Of a stretch of DNA of 64,000 nt, positions 1 through 9,662 are shown one piece after another. Numbering within the stretch: the first letter of the stretch is position 1; each line of letters begins with the position of its first letter. Both the position numbers and the translations under genes were made by a program. The notes beneath the pieces are model-generated. The model was given only the letters and a program-made list of their open reading frames with translations. It ran no database searches and was not told the DNA's origin. The stretch comes from a virus (lineage: Duplodnaviria; Caudoviricetes), in the IMG/VR virus record IMGVR_UViG_3300013121_000039, positions 74,311 to 138,310 of that record, one strand, 5' to 3'.

Positions 1-770
1 TGGAGATGCGCCTCATGGCGCACTTCTCCGGCGACGAGAAGATGATCAAGGCCATCATCGACGGCATCGACCTGCACTGCTTCACGGTGTCGGAGATGTA
101 CGGCATCCCGTACGAGGAGGTCATCGGCGCCGTCAAGCACGAGAAGAAGTTCAAGAACGGCGACACCACCGAGCCTCTCTCGCAGCGTGAGGAGGAGCTC
201 CTCATCTACCGGCAGGCCGCCAAGGCCACCGGCTTCGGCATCATCTACGGCATCGGCGGCCCGCGGCTCGCGGCCCAGCTCACCAAGATGGGGTCGAAGG
301 TCTACTCGCCCGAGGAGGGCTACAAGCTCATCGACAAGTGGTTCGGCGTCTTCCCTGGCGTCCGGGTCTACATCGAGGACCAGAAGAACAAGATGCGGAT
401 GTTCGGCGCGGTCCAGACCCTGACCGGCCGCCTCCGCCGTGCTGGCGACATCGCCAACATGTCGAAGAAGGATGCCGGCCAGACCGAGCGCACCCTCATC
501 AACGCCACCATCCAGGGGTCTGCGGCCGACATCGCCAAGTCGGCCATGCTCCAGGCGGACTGCGACGCAGTGCTCCTGTCCTGTGGCGCAGCGATGCTCC
601 TCCAGGTCCACGACGAGCTCATCTTCGAGGTGGACGACGACGAGGAGAAGGTGAAGACGGCCAAGGCGCGCCTCAAGGAGATCATGGAGAACCCGTTCCC
701 CGGCCAGTCGCTCCGGGTGCCGCTGCCGGCCGAGGTCGGCGACGCGTACACCTGGGCGGCCGCCAAGTAG
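1..770 (+). CDS. polA: DNA polymerase family A, C-terminal part (5' truncated by window edge)
   Basis: Motifs RQAAKATGFGIIYG, NATIQGSAADI, LLQVHDELIFE. Confidence 0.95.
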   Translation, partial: EMRLMAHFSGDEKMIKAIIDGIDLHCFTVSEMYGIPYEEVIGAVKHEKKFKNGDTTEPLSQREEELLIYRQAAKATGFGIIYGIGGPRLAAQLTKMGSKVYSPEEGYKLIDKWFGVFPGVRVYIEDQKNKMRMFGAVQTLTGRLRRAGDIANMSKKDAGQTERTLINATIQGSAADIAKSAMLQADCDAVLLSCGAAMLLQVHDELIFEVDDDEEKVKTAKARLKEIMENPFPGQSLRVPLPAEVGDAYTWAAAK

Positions 771-780
771 GAGAGACACC

Positions 781-1515
781 ATGGGCTGCGACATCCACTT
801 CAGAGTCGAGAAGAAGGTCAAGGGGGTCTGGAAGGAGGTCCCAGGCCCTATGCGGACGTGCTTCGGCTGCGACGGAGACGGCAAGAAGCGGGACCAGGAC
901 GGAACGGTCACCGAGGAGAAGTGCTACTGGTGCAAGGGGCACGGTCGCCGGCGAGAGGAGTTCTACGAGGGTCGGAACTACCAGCTCTTCTCCATCCTCG
1001 CAGGCGTCCGTGACTACGGCGGGGTGAAGCCGATCAAGAAGCCGAAGGGCTTCCCGCGAGACGCCTCGGACACGGTGAAGAGGCGCTACAGGGGCTGGGG
1101 CGGGGACGCCCACTCGCCCTCCTGGTACAGCCTGAAGGAGATGCGCGACTTCGACTGGAGCCAGAAGGCCGGCTTCGTCGCAGGCATCATCACCATCAAG
1201 CAGTTCAAGGAGCTGAAGGAGTCTGGCAAGGAGCCGGAGTCCTACTGCCAGGGCATCGGCGGCCCCAACATCCGGGTGGTCGACGAGGGCTGGGCCCAGG
1301 AGCAGCTCCTCGTCGAGAAGATCTCCCTGAAGGAAGGGGAGAAGTCCGTCTTCGAGGACGGGGTGAACTACCACGTGCGCGCCGCGTGGGGGAAGCCGTA
1401 CAAGGACATGGCCGACAAGTCCTTCCTCAAGGTGCTCGACGAGATGGAGGCCATCGCCAAGAAGGCCAAGCTCAAGCAGGACCAGATCCGCATGGTCTTC
1501 TGGTTCGACAACTAG
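781..1515 (+). CDS. Conserved phage protein (MGCDIH...FWFDN type) with inserted CxxCxGxG zinc finger
   Basis: N-term MGCDIH, RNYQLFSILAGVR, C-term RMVFWFDN; CFGCDGDG/CYWCKGHG. Confidence 0.7.
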   Translation: MGCDIHFRVEKKVKGVWKEVPGPMRTCFGCDGDGKKRDQDGTVTEEKCYWCKGHGRRREEFYEGRNYQLFSILAGVRDYGGVKPIKKPKGFPRDASDTVKRRYRGWGGDAHSPSWYSLKEMRDFDWSQKAGFVAGIITIKQFKELKESGKEPESYCQGIGGPNIRVVDEGWAQEQLLVEKISLKEGEKSVFEDGVNYHVRAAWGKPYKDMADKSFLKVLDEMEAIAKKAKLKQDQIRMVFWFDN

Positions 1516-1524
1516 GAGGGGCAG

Positions 1525-1800
1525 ATGCCCAGGTACGAGGAAGAGAAGCTCCGACTCATCGCAGGAGAAGCACTCGGGGAGCTCATGCGCGCCACGGAGC
1601 TCCACGGCCCGATGCGCAGCGGGCACGAGGGCTACGCGGTCCTCAAGGAGGAGGTCGACGAGCTCTGGGAGATGATCAAGGTGAACCCCAAGAAGCTCAC
1701 CGAGATCCAGAAGGCGGAGCTCAAGCTGAAGATCCGTGAGGAGGCCATCCAGGTTGCTGCGATGGGCATGCGGTTCGTCCTGGATGTCTGCGGCCCGTGA
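1525..1800 (+). CDS. MazG-like all-alpha small protein
   Basis: EGYAVLKEEVDEL...EEAIQVAAM pattern; SD GGAGG. Confidence 0.6.
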   Translation: MPRYEEEKLRLIAGEALGELMRATELHGPMRSGHEGYAVLKEEVDELWEMIKVNPKKLTEIQKAELKLKIREEAIQVAAMGMRFVLDVCGP

Positions 1801-2093
1801 CCTTCACGGAGCTCATCGCCGCGGTGGCGAAGGACTCCAAGCTGCCACGTCATGTGGTGGCCGGAGTCCTTCGCTCCTTCATCAAGGTCTCCACCGCCGC
1901 CCTGGTGTCAGGGCGGGACGTTAAGCTGCGGTCGTTCGGCTCCTTCTACACAGTGGTGCCGAAGAGAAAGCCGCTGTTCGGTGGGCGCCGTTCCCCAAGA
2001 GGACACCCAGTCATCCGCTTCAAGGAGAGCCGCCATGGAGAAGTACGGAGTCGAGTTCGACCAGGAGAAGACGAAGACGTCGGGGAAGGGTGA
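1797..2093 (+). CDS. HU/IHF-like DNA-binding protein
   Basis: ELIAAVA...GRDVKLRSFGSF...IRFK. Confidence 0.8.
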   Translation: MTFTELIAAVAKDSKLPRHVVAGVLRSFIKVSTAALVSGRDVKLRSFGSFYTVVPKRKPLFGGRRSPRGHPVIRFKESRHGEVRSRVRPGEDEDVGEG

Positions 2094-2193
2094 CACCTGC
2101 CCGAAGTGCGGGCTGGCCATCGACCCCGCCACGCCCCGGTACTGCAAGACGTGCGGCACCGAGCCCTTCGAGAAGAAGCCGGACACCAAGTAG
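2035..2193 (+). CDS. Small zinc-ribbon protein (52 aa)
   Basis: CPKCG...CKTCG; AGGAG SD upstream. Confidence 0.65.
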   Translation: MEKYGVEFDQEKTKTSGKGDTCPKCGLAIDPATPRYCKTCGTEPFEKKPDTK

Positions 2194-2217
2194 TCCCCAC
2201 TCCGAGAAAGGTACGCC

Positions 2218-3495
2218 ATGGCCGTGAAGAAGGGCGGCGCAGCGCCAGCTGCGCCCAAGAAGGGTCTGTCGCGTAGTGATCGTGCCGCCGCAGTCGTGGA
2301 GTGGACCAACGACAAGATGAAGGGGCACGCCCAGGTCAAGGTGGCATCGGAGTACGTGCTGCCCTTCATGACGAAGAGGCTGCCGACCGGGCTCCTCTCC
2401 CTCGACGTGGAGCTCGGAGGCGGCTTCCCCGCCGGCGGCATCTCCCAGATCGTCGGAGCCAAGAACGCCGGGAAGAGCTACATCGCCTGGCAGGTGGCCA
2501 GACAGCAGCAGTTCTACAAGGGCGACGACTTCATGTGCCTGCTCGCCATGACCGAGATGCGTGCCGACCGCACGCAGGCCAAGCGTGCAGGAGTCGCCAT
2601 CTCCCTCGGCGACGACGACATCATCTCCCTGGAGAAGGCCCGGGTGGACCAGGGCCTCGCCAAGTTCTCGAAGGAGGAGCTGTCCTCTCTGCGCCACGAG
2701 GTTGGCACCTTCCACGAGGTCCACGCCACCAGTGCAGAGAAGCTCTTCGACGTGCTCCTCAAGGCCGTCGCGGACAACGCCTACCATCTCGTCATCCTCG
2801 ACTCCTTCGGCTCGATCATGAGCGCGGCCGAGTCCGAGGTGAAGACGCTGAACGACAAGACCTACGGCGGAGCCTCAGGCCCCATCTCGCAGTTCCTGAA
2901 GCACCTCACCTCCCTGCTGACCATGGACGACGGCACCGGGAACGCCAGGGACGTCTGCATCCTCGGCATCAACCAGATCCGCGACGCCATCGGTGATCCC
3001 AACCTGGAGTACCGCTCTCCCGGCGGCAAGGCTCTGGAGCACGCCAAGTTCGTCGACCTCCTGCTGCGCTCCGGCGCCGCCCAGGGGTACGAGGACAGCA
3101 TCTACACCTCGAACGGCACGAAGAAGCGCTTCATCCAGACCGGGAAGGAAGTGAACTGGAAGATCGTGAAGGGCAAGGCCGGCATCCACGAAGGCGGGAC
3201 CGGCAGCTACATCTTCGACTTCCGCACCGCCCAGGGCGACTTCTACACCGACACGCTGGTGGCCGGCGTCCGCAGCGGCGTCATCACGCAGTCCGGGGCG
3301 TGGCTCGGCCTTCCCAACCCGACCGACCCCTCGAAGAACCTCCTCTACGCCCAGGGTAAGGACAAGTTCCTGACCGCCCTCGCCGAGGATGCCATGAAGT
3401 GCGCGCAGGAAGATCGGACCGACTCGCTGATGAACCACATCCGCAACGAGGTCTTCAAGAAGCACGGCATCTTCATCAACTACGACTGGGAGTGA
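2218..3495 (+). CDS. recA: RecA/UvsX-like recombinase
   Basis: PTGLLSLDVELGGG, Walker A GAKNAGKS, VILDS, INQIR, PGGKALEH. Confidence 0.9.
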   Translation: MAVKKGGAAPAAPKKGLSRSDRAAAVVEWTNDKMKGHAQVKVASEYVLPFMTKRLPTGLLSLDVELGGGFPAGGISQIVGAKNAGKSYIAWQVARQQQFYKGDDFMCLLAMTEMRADRTQAKRAGVAISLGDDDIISLEKARVDQGLAKFSKEELSSLRHEVGTFHEVHATSAEKLFDVLLKAVADNAYHLVILDSFGSIMSAAESEVKTLNDKTYGGASGPISQFLKHLTSLLTMDDGTGNARDVCILGINQIRDAIGDPNLEYRSPGGKALEHAKFVDLLLRSGAAQGYEDSIYTSNGTKKRFIQTGKEVNWKIVKGKAGIHEGGTGSYIFDFRTAQGDFYTDTLVAGVRSGVITQSGAWLGLPNPTDPSKNLLYAQGKDKFLTALAEDAMKCAQEDRTDSLMNHIRNEVFKKHGIFINYDWE

Positions 3496-3498
3496 TGG

Positions 3499-3747
3499 AT
3501 GGCCAAGCTCCCCGACAAGCTGTTCAAGACCACCATCGTCATCTGGTCGGAGTACGACCCGAGCGCCAACAACATGGAGCTGGAGGATCTCGCTCGTGAG
3601 GCAACGGGCGGGGATGCCTACTGCTCCAAGCAGGAGGGGGAGTGGGTAGACCCGAGGATGGACGAGGCCTGGGACGGCTCCGAGTTCTTCGGTACCGACG
3701 ACGGCGAGGAGGATGAGGATGGCGAAGAGCCGGCAGCAGAAGCGTAG
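3499..3747 (+). CDS. Hypothetical acidic protein
   Basis: Tightly packed ORF with coding-like codon bias. Confidence 0.6.
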   Translation: MAKLPDKLFKTTIVIWSEYDPSANNMELEDLAREATGGDAYCSKQEGEWVDPRMDEAWDGSEFFGTDDGEEDEDGEEPAAEA

Positions 3748-4267
3748 TCGTCTGCAAGAGCGCCGCATCGCTGAAGAGGTGGGCGGCCGCACGCAGGCCG
3801 GGTCCGGATCCTCCTGGTCAGCTAAGAGTGACGTTCGCAGCATGGGCAGGCTCCGCGTCGAAGCCAAGTTCACCGAGAAGGGGACCTACTCGCTGAAGCT
3901 GGCGGACTGGCTCAAGATCAAGGACGAGGCCATCAAGGGCGGGCTGGAGACCCCAGCCATGCAGATCGAGTTCATCCCGCCAGGGGCCGCCGGCACCTAC
4001 AAGCTCGCGGTGATGAGCTACCAGCTCTTCCGGCACTGGCACGGCTTCTCCCAGGAGAAGACGCTCTTCGAGGCGGAGTTCTTCTGCACCGGGAAGCAGT
4101 TCACCATCGACTGGGTCGACGCCAGATCCCACTTCGTGAGCTCCATCGGCCGGGCCGGGCACGGAGTATGGCGGGTCGTCTTCGACCGAGGCCCGAACGA
4201 GCAGAAGGTCTCCCTCGCGCTCATCGAGTGGGACCTGTTCACCACCCTCCACGAGGAGCAGGAATGA
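3719..4267 (+). CDS. PD-(D/E)XK nuclease, Holliday-junction-resolvase-like
   Basis: QERRIA...GSG...SDV...VEAKFT. Confidence 0.7.
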   Translation: MAKSRQQKRSRLQERRIAEEVGGRTQAGSGSSWSAKSDVRSMGRLRVEAKFTEKGTYSLKLADWLKIKDEAIKGGLETPAMQIEFIPPGAAGTYKLAVMSYQLFRHWHGFSQEKTLFEAEFFCTGKQFTIDWVDARSHFVSSIGRAGHGVWRVVFDRGPNEQKVSLALIEWDLFTTLHEEQE

Positions 4268-4566
4268 CCTTCGACGAGATCATCAAGGAGATCGCCTCCA
4301 TCACCACCAGGGTCGAGAAGAAGACGATCCAGGAACTGGCGCTCAAGACCAGCGAGGAGGTCGGGGAGCTGGCCCAGGCCGTCCTCTCCGTCACCAGTGC
4401 CCCGGGCTGTCGCTACAAGCAGAAGACCTGGGACGACGTGGACGAGGAGGCGGTGGACGTCGTCATCTGCGCCTTCGCCACCGCGCTGAAGGGCGCGCCG
4501 GACCCGGAGCGGCTCAAGACCATCTTCGAGAGGAAGATGGCCAAGTGGAAGGAGAAGCTGGGATGA
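4264..4566 (+). CDS. MazG-like nucleotide pyrophosphohydrolase
   Basis: SEEVGELAQA...EEAVDV...KMAKW. Confidence 0.8.
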   Translation: MTFDEIIKEIASITTRVEKKTIQELALKTSEEVGELAQAVLSVTSAPGCRYKQKTWDDVDEEAVDVVICAFATALKGAPDPERLKTIFERKMAKWKEKLG

Positions 4567-5426
4567 GCAGGCCCGTACTGCACCTTCACACCATCGAGCA
4601 GTGGTACTCCGCGCCTGAGGGGGTCCGCGAGCTCGTGCTTCGGGCCCTCCGGGTCCGGGAACGGCTGTGGGCCTTTCGGCTCAAGCTGGAGCAGGAGAAG
4701 GTCGACCTGAAGGAGGCGAAGTGGATCCCGTGCGTGGAGTGTGACCAGACCGGGTGGAGGTGGAAGCACCCCCGCAAGCCTGGGATCCACCCGTCCGCCA
4801 TCTCGACCACACCGTGCCTCCTGAAGGTCTACTGGGAGGCGGTGGGGCGCGAGGCATCGGTCATGCACGAGGCCCGGGAGCTACTCATCTTCGACCTCGG
4901 GACCGCCGCGCACGACATGCTCCAGAGCTTCGGCATGGCCGGCGCCTGGGGGTCCTACTACAAGCCGGAGATCCCCATCGAGCAGACCCCACTCGCCCAG
5001 CAGCTCGGGCTGGTGGGCCATGCAGACGCCGACAACATCATCGTCATCGAGGACATCGCGGACGCCCCCATCATCGAGGTGGGGGTGGTGCACGAGTACA
5101 AGTCGATCAACGACAAGGGCTTCGAGAGCCTGCGCGGGAAGCCGAAGCCGCAGCACACAACGCAGGCCACCATCTACTCGGGCTGCCTCAATCGACCGCT
5201 CGTCGTCTACCTCTACTTCAACAAGAACAACTCCAACATCGTCGACTTCCCAGTGCCCTTCAACTACTCCGTCTGGGAGAACGTGGCCCAGAGGGCGATG
5301 GTGGTGAAGCAGGCACTCGAAGCGCAGGTCGAGCCCAAGGCAGAGGTGGGCTACCACTGCGGGCAGTGCCCGTACATCTACGGCTGTGACGCCTACAAGG
5401 CGTCCAAGCAGAAGAAGGGAGCATGA
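4563..5426 (+). CDS. Cas4/RecB-like PD-(D/E)XK exonuclease
   Basis: HPSA...GTAAH...GHAD...EYKS...QATIY...C-terminal CGQCPY..C. Confidence 0.8.
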   Translation: MSRPVLHLHTIEQWYSAPEGVRELVLRALRVRERLWAFRLKLEQEKVDLKEAKWIPCVECDQTGWRWKHPRKPGIHPSAISTTPCLLKVYWEAVGREASVMHEARELLIFDLGTAAHDMLQSFGMAGAWGSYYKPEIPIEQTPLAQQLGLVGHADADNIIVIEDIADAPIIEVGVVHEYKSINDKGFESLRGKPKPQHTTQATIYSGCLNRPLVVYLYFNKNNSNIVDFPVPFNYSVWENVAQRAMVVKQALEAQVEPKAEVGYHCGQCPYIYGCDAYKASKQKKGA

Positions 5427-5427
5427 C

Positions 5428-6009
5428 ATGATCGGCAGCCTCGTGGGCGTGCAGGCCATGGACGTGGAGCAGATCAAGCAGGCGCTCTCCGTCTCTGAGC
5501 AGGCGGCCCAAGCCGTGATCTCGAAGGGGTTCGTCTTCCCCGCCATCCCGCAGAACCAGAAGTACCACGGGGTTCTGCCCTCGAACCTCATCTTCCTCGA
5601 CGACAACAGCCTGGGAGACCTGCTCGGCGAGATCGCGACCTGGTGCAACTACGCCAACTCCGAGCTCGCCAAGGCCAGAGCGGCCAGGGACGAGTCGGAG
5701 GAGAAGATGAAGTCGGTGGTCTCCCGGCTCCGGCTCAACGTGAAGATGGTGACGGAGGGGAGGAAGCCGTCCAATCCGGAGATGGACGACATCGTCAACT
5801 CCGACCAGCGCACCATCGACGTGAAGAGGAACTACCTCTTCTGCCTCGCGGTCTACGACTACACCAAGCAGCTCGTGGACGCGGCCCAGCGCGACTGGGA
5901 GACTGTCTCCCGCCGCATCACCCAGCGCGGCCAGGAGATCGAGCGGCACAAGCGGACCGAGGGCGCCGGGACCGTGCCCGTCATGGCTGGCGCCTTCAGG
6001 AGGCCGTGA
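5428..6009 (+). CDS. Helical protein, possibly UvsY-like recombination mediator
   Basis: Coiled-coil ending VSRRITQR, near recA; function inferred. Confidence 0.45.
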   Translation: MIGSLVGVQAMDVEQIKQALSVSEQAAQAVISKGFVFPAIPQNQKYHGVLPSNLIFLDDNSLGDLLGEIATWCNYANSELAKARAARDESEEKMKSVVSRLRLNVKMVTEGRKPSNPEMDDIVNSDQRTIDVKRNYLFCLAVYDYTKQLVDAAQRDWETVSRRITQRGQEIERHKRTEGAGTVPVMAGAFRRP

Positions 6010-6677
6010 TGGGGAAGATCATCGGCATCATGGGCCAGGCGCGGGCAGGGAAGGACTCCATCGCTGCCTACCTGGCCGAGAACTACAACGCAGTCCGCCT
6101 CGGCCTCGCAGACCCCATGAAGCGCTTCTGCAAGGAGGTCTTCGACTTCTCCGACGAGCAGCTCTACGGGGACCAGCGAGACGTTTTCGACATCCGGTAC
6201 AAGCGCCTCTCCAAGACCAAGGCCGGGCTCCCGGTCTCTGCCACCAACCTCACGGCAAGGTACGCCCTCCAGACGCTCGGCACGGAGTGGGGCCGGAACT
6301 GCTACGAGAACGTCTGGATCGACTACGGCATCCGTGTCGCGCAGGAGCTGCTCCGAGATCCGTACCGCCGCTACACGGTGGAGCAGGGGCTGTACCTCGG
6401 AGCCAGCCCTCGCCCGACTGCCGGCGTCGTCTTCTCCGACCTGCGCTTCCGCAACGAGTTCGAGGCGGTGAAGAAGGCAGGAGGCTTCCTGGTCCGGGTC
6501 TACCGCCCAGGGGCAGACGGGGAGACGGCCGGGGTGTCCAAGCACGCCTCGGAGGAGGAGCAGAAGACCATCAAGGACGAGGAGTTCGACCTCATCCTCC
6601 GCAACAACGACACCCTCTCGCACCTCCACATGCTCGTGCGAGAGGAGCTCGCCCCGAGGGTCGGTCTCCTCCCATGA
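6009..6677 (+). CDS. Deoxynucleoside monophosphate kinase
   Basis: IIGIMGQARAGKD, ADPMK, LQTLGTEWGR, SDLRFRNE, HASE. Confidence 0.92.
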   Translation: MGKIIGIMGQARAGKDSIAAYLAENYNAVRLGLADPMKRFCKEVFDFSDEQLYGDQRDVFDIRYKRLSKTKAGLPVSATNLTARYALQTLGTEWGRNCYENVWIDYGIRVAQELLRDPYRRYTVEQGLYLGASPRPTAGVVFSDLRFRNEFEAVKKAGGFLVRVYRPGADGETAGVSKHASEEEQKTIKDEEFDLILRNNDTLSHLHMLVREELAPRVGLLP

Positions 6678-7057
6678 GGACGGACAACCCCTATGACTCT
6701 CCGCGAGTGCTTCGAGCCGTTCTCGAAGAGATCATAGAGCGCCTCCAGGTCGGGTTCGAATCCTTGAGGTTCGACCCGGCCTTTCTTCAACTGCTCCAGA
6801 ATGCCGCCGACCAGTACTGCTGGGCCATCGCGTACAGAGGGGTACCTCTCCTCCGGCTCATCACCATCGAGGCGAGCCTCTCCACTACCGAGGAAGGGGT
6901 GGTGAACTTCACCTTCCGCCCCCGGTCGGAAGATGGTCGGTGGCTGCTGGAGAAGATGGACCTCGTGGAGAAGGCCCCAGAGCTGCCGACCGTGAAGGAG
7001 ATCCACGAGAAGGCTGAGGCGCAGGGCATCAAGATCACCCGCATCGTGGAGATCTAG
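6674..7057 (+). CDS. Hypothetical protein
   Basis: ATGA-coupled ORF. Confidence 0.55.
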   Translation: MRTDNPYDSPRVLRAVLEEIIERLQVGFESLRFDPAFLQLLQNAADQYCWAIAYRGVPLLRLITIEASLSTTEEGVVNFTFRPRSEDGRWLLEKMDLVEKAPELPTVKEIHEKAEAQGIKITRIVEI

Positions 7058-7058
7058 C

Positions 7059-7262
7059 GTGAGAGGGCGACTGGCCTTCATTGGCAAGAAGCTGAAGCAC
7101 GTCTGGCTCCGGATCAGGTTCGGCACCATCACCGCCAAAGTCACAGGCACTGCGGGGGACAATGTCCCCGCGGAGATCGAGTTCTACGGACGAGGTGGGA
7201 AGCTGATCGGCTTCTGGGCCTACGGCTCGTTCCATCCCAAGTTCCCCTACCAGGGAGAGTGA
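7059..7262 (+). CDS. Hypothetical protein
   Basis: Packed ORF. Confidence 0.55.
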   Translation: MRGRLAFIGKKLKHVWLRIRFGTITAKVTGTAGDNVPAEIEFYGRGGKLIGFWAYGSFHPKFPYQGE

Positions 7263-7263
7263 C

Positions 7264-7494
7264 ATGGACCGCGACGCCAACCGCGGGCTGTATCAGAAGT
7301 ACATCGTGAAGCGTGCCGACGGCAGTCACCGGCGCGGACAGAAGCACGAACGCTGCAAGTACTTCGTGCTCGACCTCATCCACGACAAGTTCGCCGCGCC
7401 GGCCCTCTTGGCCTACGCCCTGGCGTGCGAGTCCACCTACCCCGAGCTCTCTCGGGACCTCAAGCACATCGTCAAGACGATGGGAGGAGTCTGA
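7264..7494 (+). CDS. Conserved small phage protein
   Basis: GLYQKYIVKRAD...YFVLDL.HD.FA..AL.AYA motif. Confidence 0.7.
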   Translation: MDRDANRGLYQKYIVKRADGSHRRGQKHERCKYFVLDLIHDKFAAPALLAYALACESTYPELSRDLKHIVKTMGGV

Positions 7495-7496
7495 CC

Positions 7497-8441
7497 ATGG
7501 AGAAGGGTTTCACCCAGAAGATCCTGGACCACGGCTACGTGAAGTTCATCGACAGCATGGGCACCGACGAGACCATCGTCGAGGCGGCGCGCATGTCCAC
7601 CAACAAGGGCTTCATCTCGTGGGAGCCCTACCGCGAGTGCTCGAAGTGCGGGCGGGTCGAGGCCCCGCTGATCGACCTCCCGAACTTCTTCGCAGGCGCC
7701 AAGGACTGCGAGCACAAGTGGGTGGAGAAGCCAGACGGCGACACCGGCTTCCTGGAGTTCCTCCTGGAGAACCGCCACACCTCGCCCTTCGAGCAGGTGG
7801 AGCTGGCCATCGAGGTGCAGGCGCCCATCTTCGTCTACCGCGAGTGGCACCGGCACCGGACCCAGTCCTACAACGAGCTCTCGGCGCGCTACACGCAGAT
7901 GCCGAACCTGCACTACGTCCCCGACGCCAGCCGGCTCAAGGCGGTGGCGTCGGCGAACAAGCAGGAGGCCAGCGTCGGCGACGGCTTCGCGGACCCGGAC
8001 ACGGCTCTCGAAGAGATCATGGCCGAGCAGCAGCGCATCTACGACAACTACGAGGACATGCTGAAGCACGGGGTCCCGAAGGAGATCGCCCGGGTCAACA
8101 CCCCCGTATCCCGCTACTCGCGGATGCGCGCCAAGACGGACATCTGGAACTGGCTCCACTTCCTGAACCTCCGCATGCGCCCCAACGCCATGTGGGAGAT
8201 CCGCCAGTTCGCCAACGCGGTGGCCGCCATCATCGAGGAGCAGTTCCCGAAGACCTACTGGCTCTTCGAGGAGTACATGCTCCACGCCCAGAGCTTCAGC
8301 CGCACCGAGATGAAGGTGCTGCGGAAGTTCTTCGCCACCCGGATGCAGCTCGACGGCCTCACGGACCTCATGGCGGGTGAGGTCGAGTCCAGGCCGAACG
8401 CCGTGAAGCGCGTTCGGACGCTCCTCGAAAAGCTCAAGTAG
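7497..8441 (+). CDS. thyX: Flavin-dependent thymidylate synthase
   Basis: HTSPFE, REWHRHRTQSYNELSARY, MWEIR. Confidence 0.95.
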   Translation: MEKGFTQKILDHGYVKFIDSMGTDETIVEAARMSTNKGFISWEPYRECSKCGRVEAPLIDLPNFFAGAKDCEHKWVEKPDGDTGFLEFLLENRHTSPFEQVELAIEVQAPIFVYREWHRHRTQSYNELSARYTQMPNLHYVPDASRLKAVASANKQEASVGDGFADPDTALEEIMAEQQRIYDNYEDMLKHGVPKEIARVNTPVSRYSRMRAKTDIWNWLHFLNLRMRPNAMWEIRQFANAVAAIIEEQFPKTYWLFEEYMLHAQSFSRTEMKVLRKFFATRMQLDGLTDLMAGEVESRPNAVKRVRTLLEKLK

Positions 8442-8448
8442 AGGACGC

Positions 8449-8454
8449 CATAAG
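8449..8454 (+). promoter_or_regulatory. CATAAG motif, putative phage-specific promoter -10 (also at 54551, 55101, 57512, 62270)
   Basis: Five intergenic copies upstream of + strand genes, each with (C/A)AA(G/A) 17 nt upstream. Confidence 0.55.
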
Positions 8455-8475
8455 AGAGGTGGAGGAACTCTTAGC

Positions 8476-9129
8476 ATGTACAACTACGAGAGCTGCCCCA
8501 TTGCCCCGTGGGTGGCCGAGATCGTGACCAGGATGCACGAGGCCGCGGCCGCAGGCACCCCAGTGGTCAACCTCTCCTACACGCACCCTCGCGGCTACAT
8601 CCCCAACCAGATCATCAGACGTCCAGAAGTCCGGAAGGTCATGGCCGGGTGGAGCTACGACAACGCCAGAACGGCCCCCACCCCGATACCGGACCACTGG
8701 TTCCTGCCCCCTGGTATCGACATCGCCTACGGCCCGCTCGCTCCGTTCGAGCAGGAGATCGCTCGTAGGGAGGCCGAGGCAGCCCAGGAGGCTGCGGCCA
8801 AGACCGCGATGGATGGGGAGAGGCACATCTCCGTCATCGACCTGACCACGTTCCACCCCAGGGGTGGAATCCCGCTCGTCGTCATGGCGAGACTGTCTCG
8901 ACGGAAGTCGAAGACCTGGCGGACGGAGATGCTCGCCGAGATCGAGCGGCTCCAGGGAGAGGCCAACCGGGCCGAGGCCTTCTCTCAGACGCAGAAGGAC
9001 CGGGCAGAGGCGATGGCATCCAAGGGCTCCGACCCCAACCCGCTCCTCGCCTCTGCTCAGAGGGAGCTGGAGAAGGCCGCCACGGCCAGGGCGCAGATCG
9101 TGATGATCAAGAAGGAGATGGGCTCGTGA
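8476..9129 (+). CDS. Hypothetical protein with C-terminal coiled coil
   Basis: GGAGG SD, 217-aa ORF. Confidence 0.65.
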   Translation: MYNYESCPIAPWVAEIVTRMHEAAAAGTPVVNLSYTHPRGYIPNQIIRRPEVRKVMAGWSYDNARTAPTPIPDHWFLPPGIDIAYGPLAPFEQEIARREAEAAQEAAAKTAMDGERHISVIDLTTFHPRGGIPLVVMARLSRRKSKTWRTEMLAEIERLQGEANRAEAFSQTQKDRAEAMASKGSDPNPLLASAQRELEKAATARAQIVMIKKEMGS

Positions 9130-9662
9130 ACATCCCGGACTTCAACGAGCATGGCCGGCGGCAGCGGATCCAGGTCTGGTACCCGGAACTGCCGCCGTCG
9201 GCCAACGCCATCTACTTCTCAGGGACCCGGCTGACGGATACCGCTCGCGAGTACAAGGAGCGGTTCCGTCAGTACATGCAGCAGTACTACGGGCACCAGC
9301 TCAACGAGTTCGTCGAGCCGAACGAGAAGTACACCGACCCGAAGGACGGGAAGACGAAGGACCTGCGCACGCAGGCCCCCAACCTCATCTTCGGGATCGA
9401 GCTCACCTTCTTCATGGACTGCCTCACAAGCTGGGGTGACTCGACTCTTCCCAAGAGCCGTCGAGCCAAGTTCCGCTTCGCCAAGACGGACGTCACCAAC
9501 CGCATCAAGTTCGTCGAGGACTGCTTCAAGACGGTTCTCGACATCGACGACTCCCTGACCTTCGACTCCAGGGAGCGGAAGATCCACAACCTGGAGCAGC
9601 AGGGCGTCCACATCGACTACTTCGTGGTGCCCGTCGAGCAGTACAACCTACCGAGGATCTGA
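9126..9662 (+). CDS. RusA-like Holliday junction resolvase
   Basis: PPSANAIY...DVTNRIKFVED...IDDS. Confidence 0.8.
   Translation: MNIPDFNEHGRRQRIQVWYPELPPSANAIYFSGTRLTDTAREYKERFRQYMQQYYGHQLNEFVEPNEKYTDPKDGKTKDLRTQAPNLIFGIELTFFMDCLTSWGDSTLPKSRRAKFRFAKTDVTNRIKFVEDCFKTVLDIDDSLTFDSRERKIHNLEQQGVHIDYFVVPVEQYNLPRI

Noticed and set aside
4563-5426. Cas4-like gene as evidence of CRISPR-Cas
   Set aside because: No repeat-spacer array or other cas genes seen; solo Cas4-like nucleases are common in phage replication modules.
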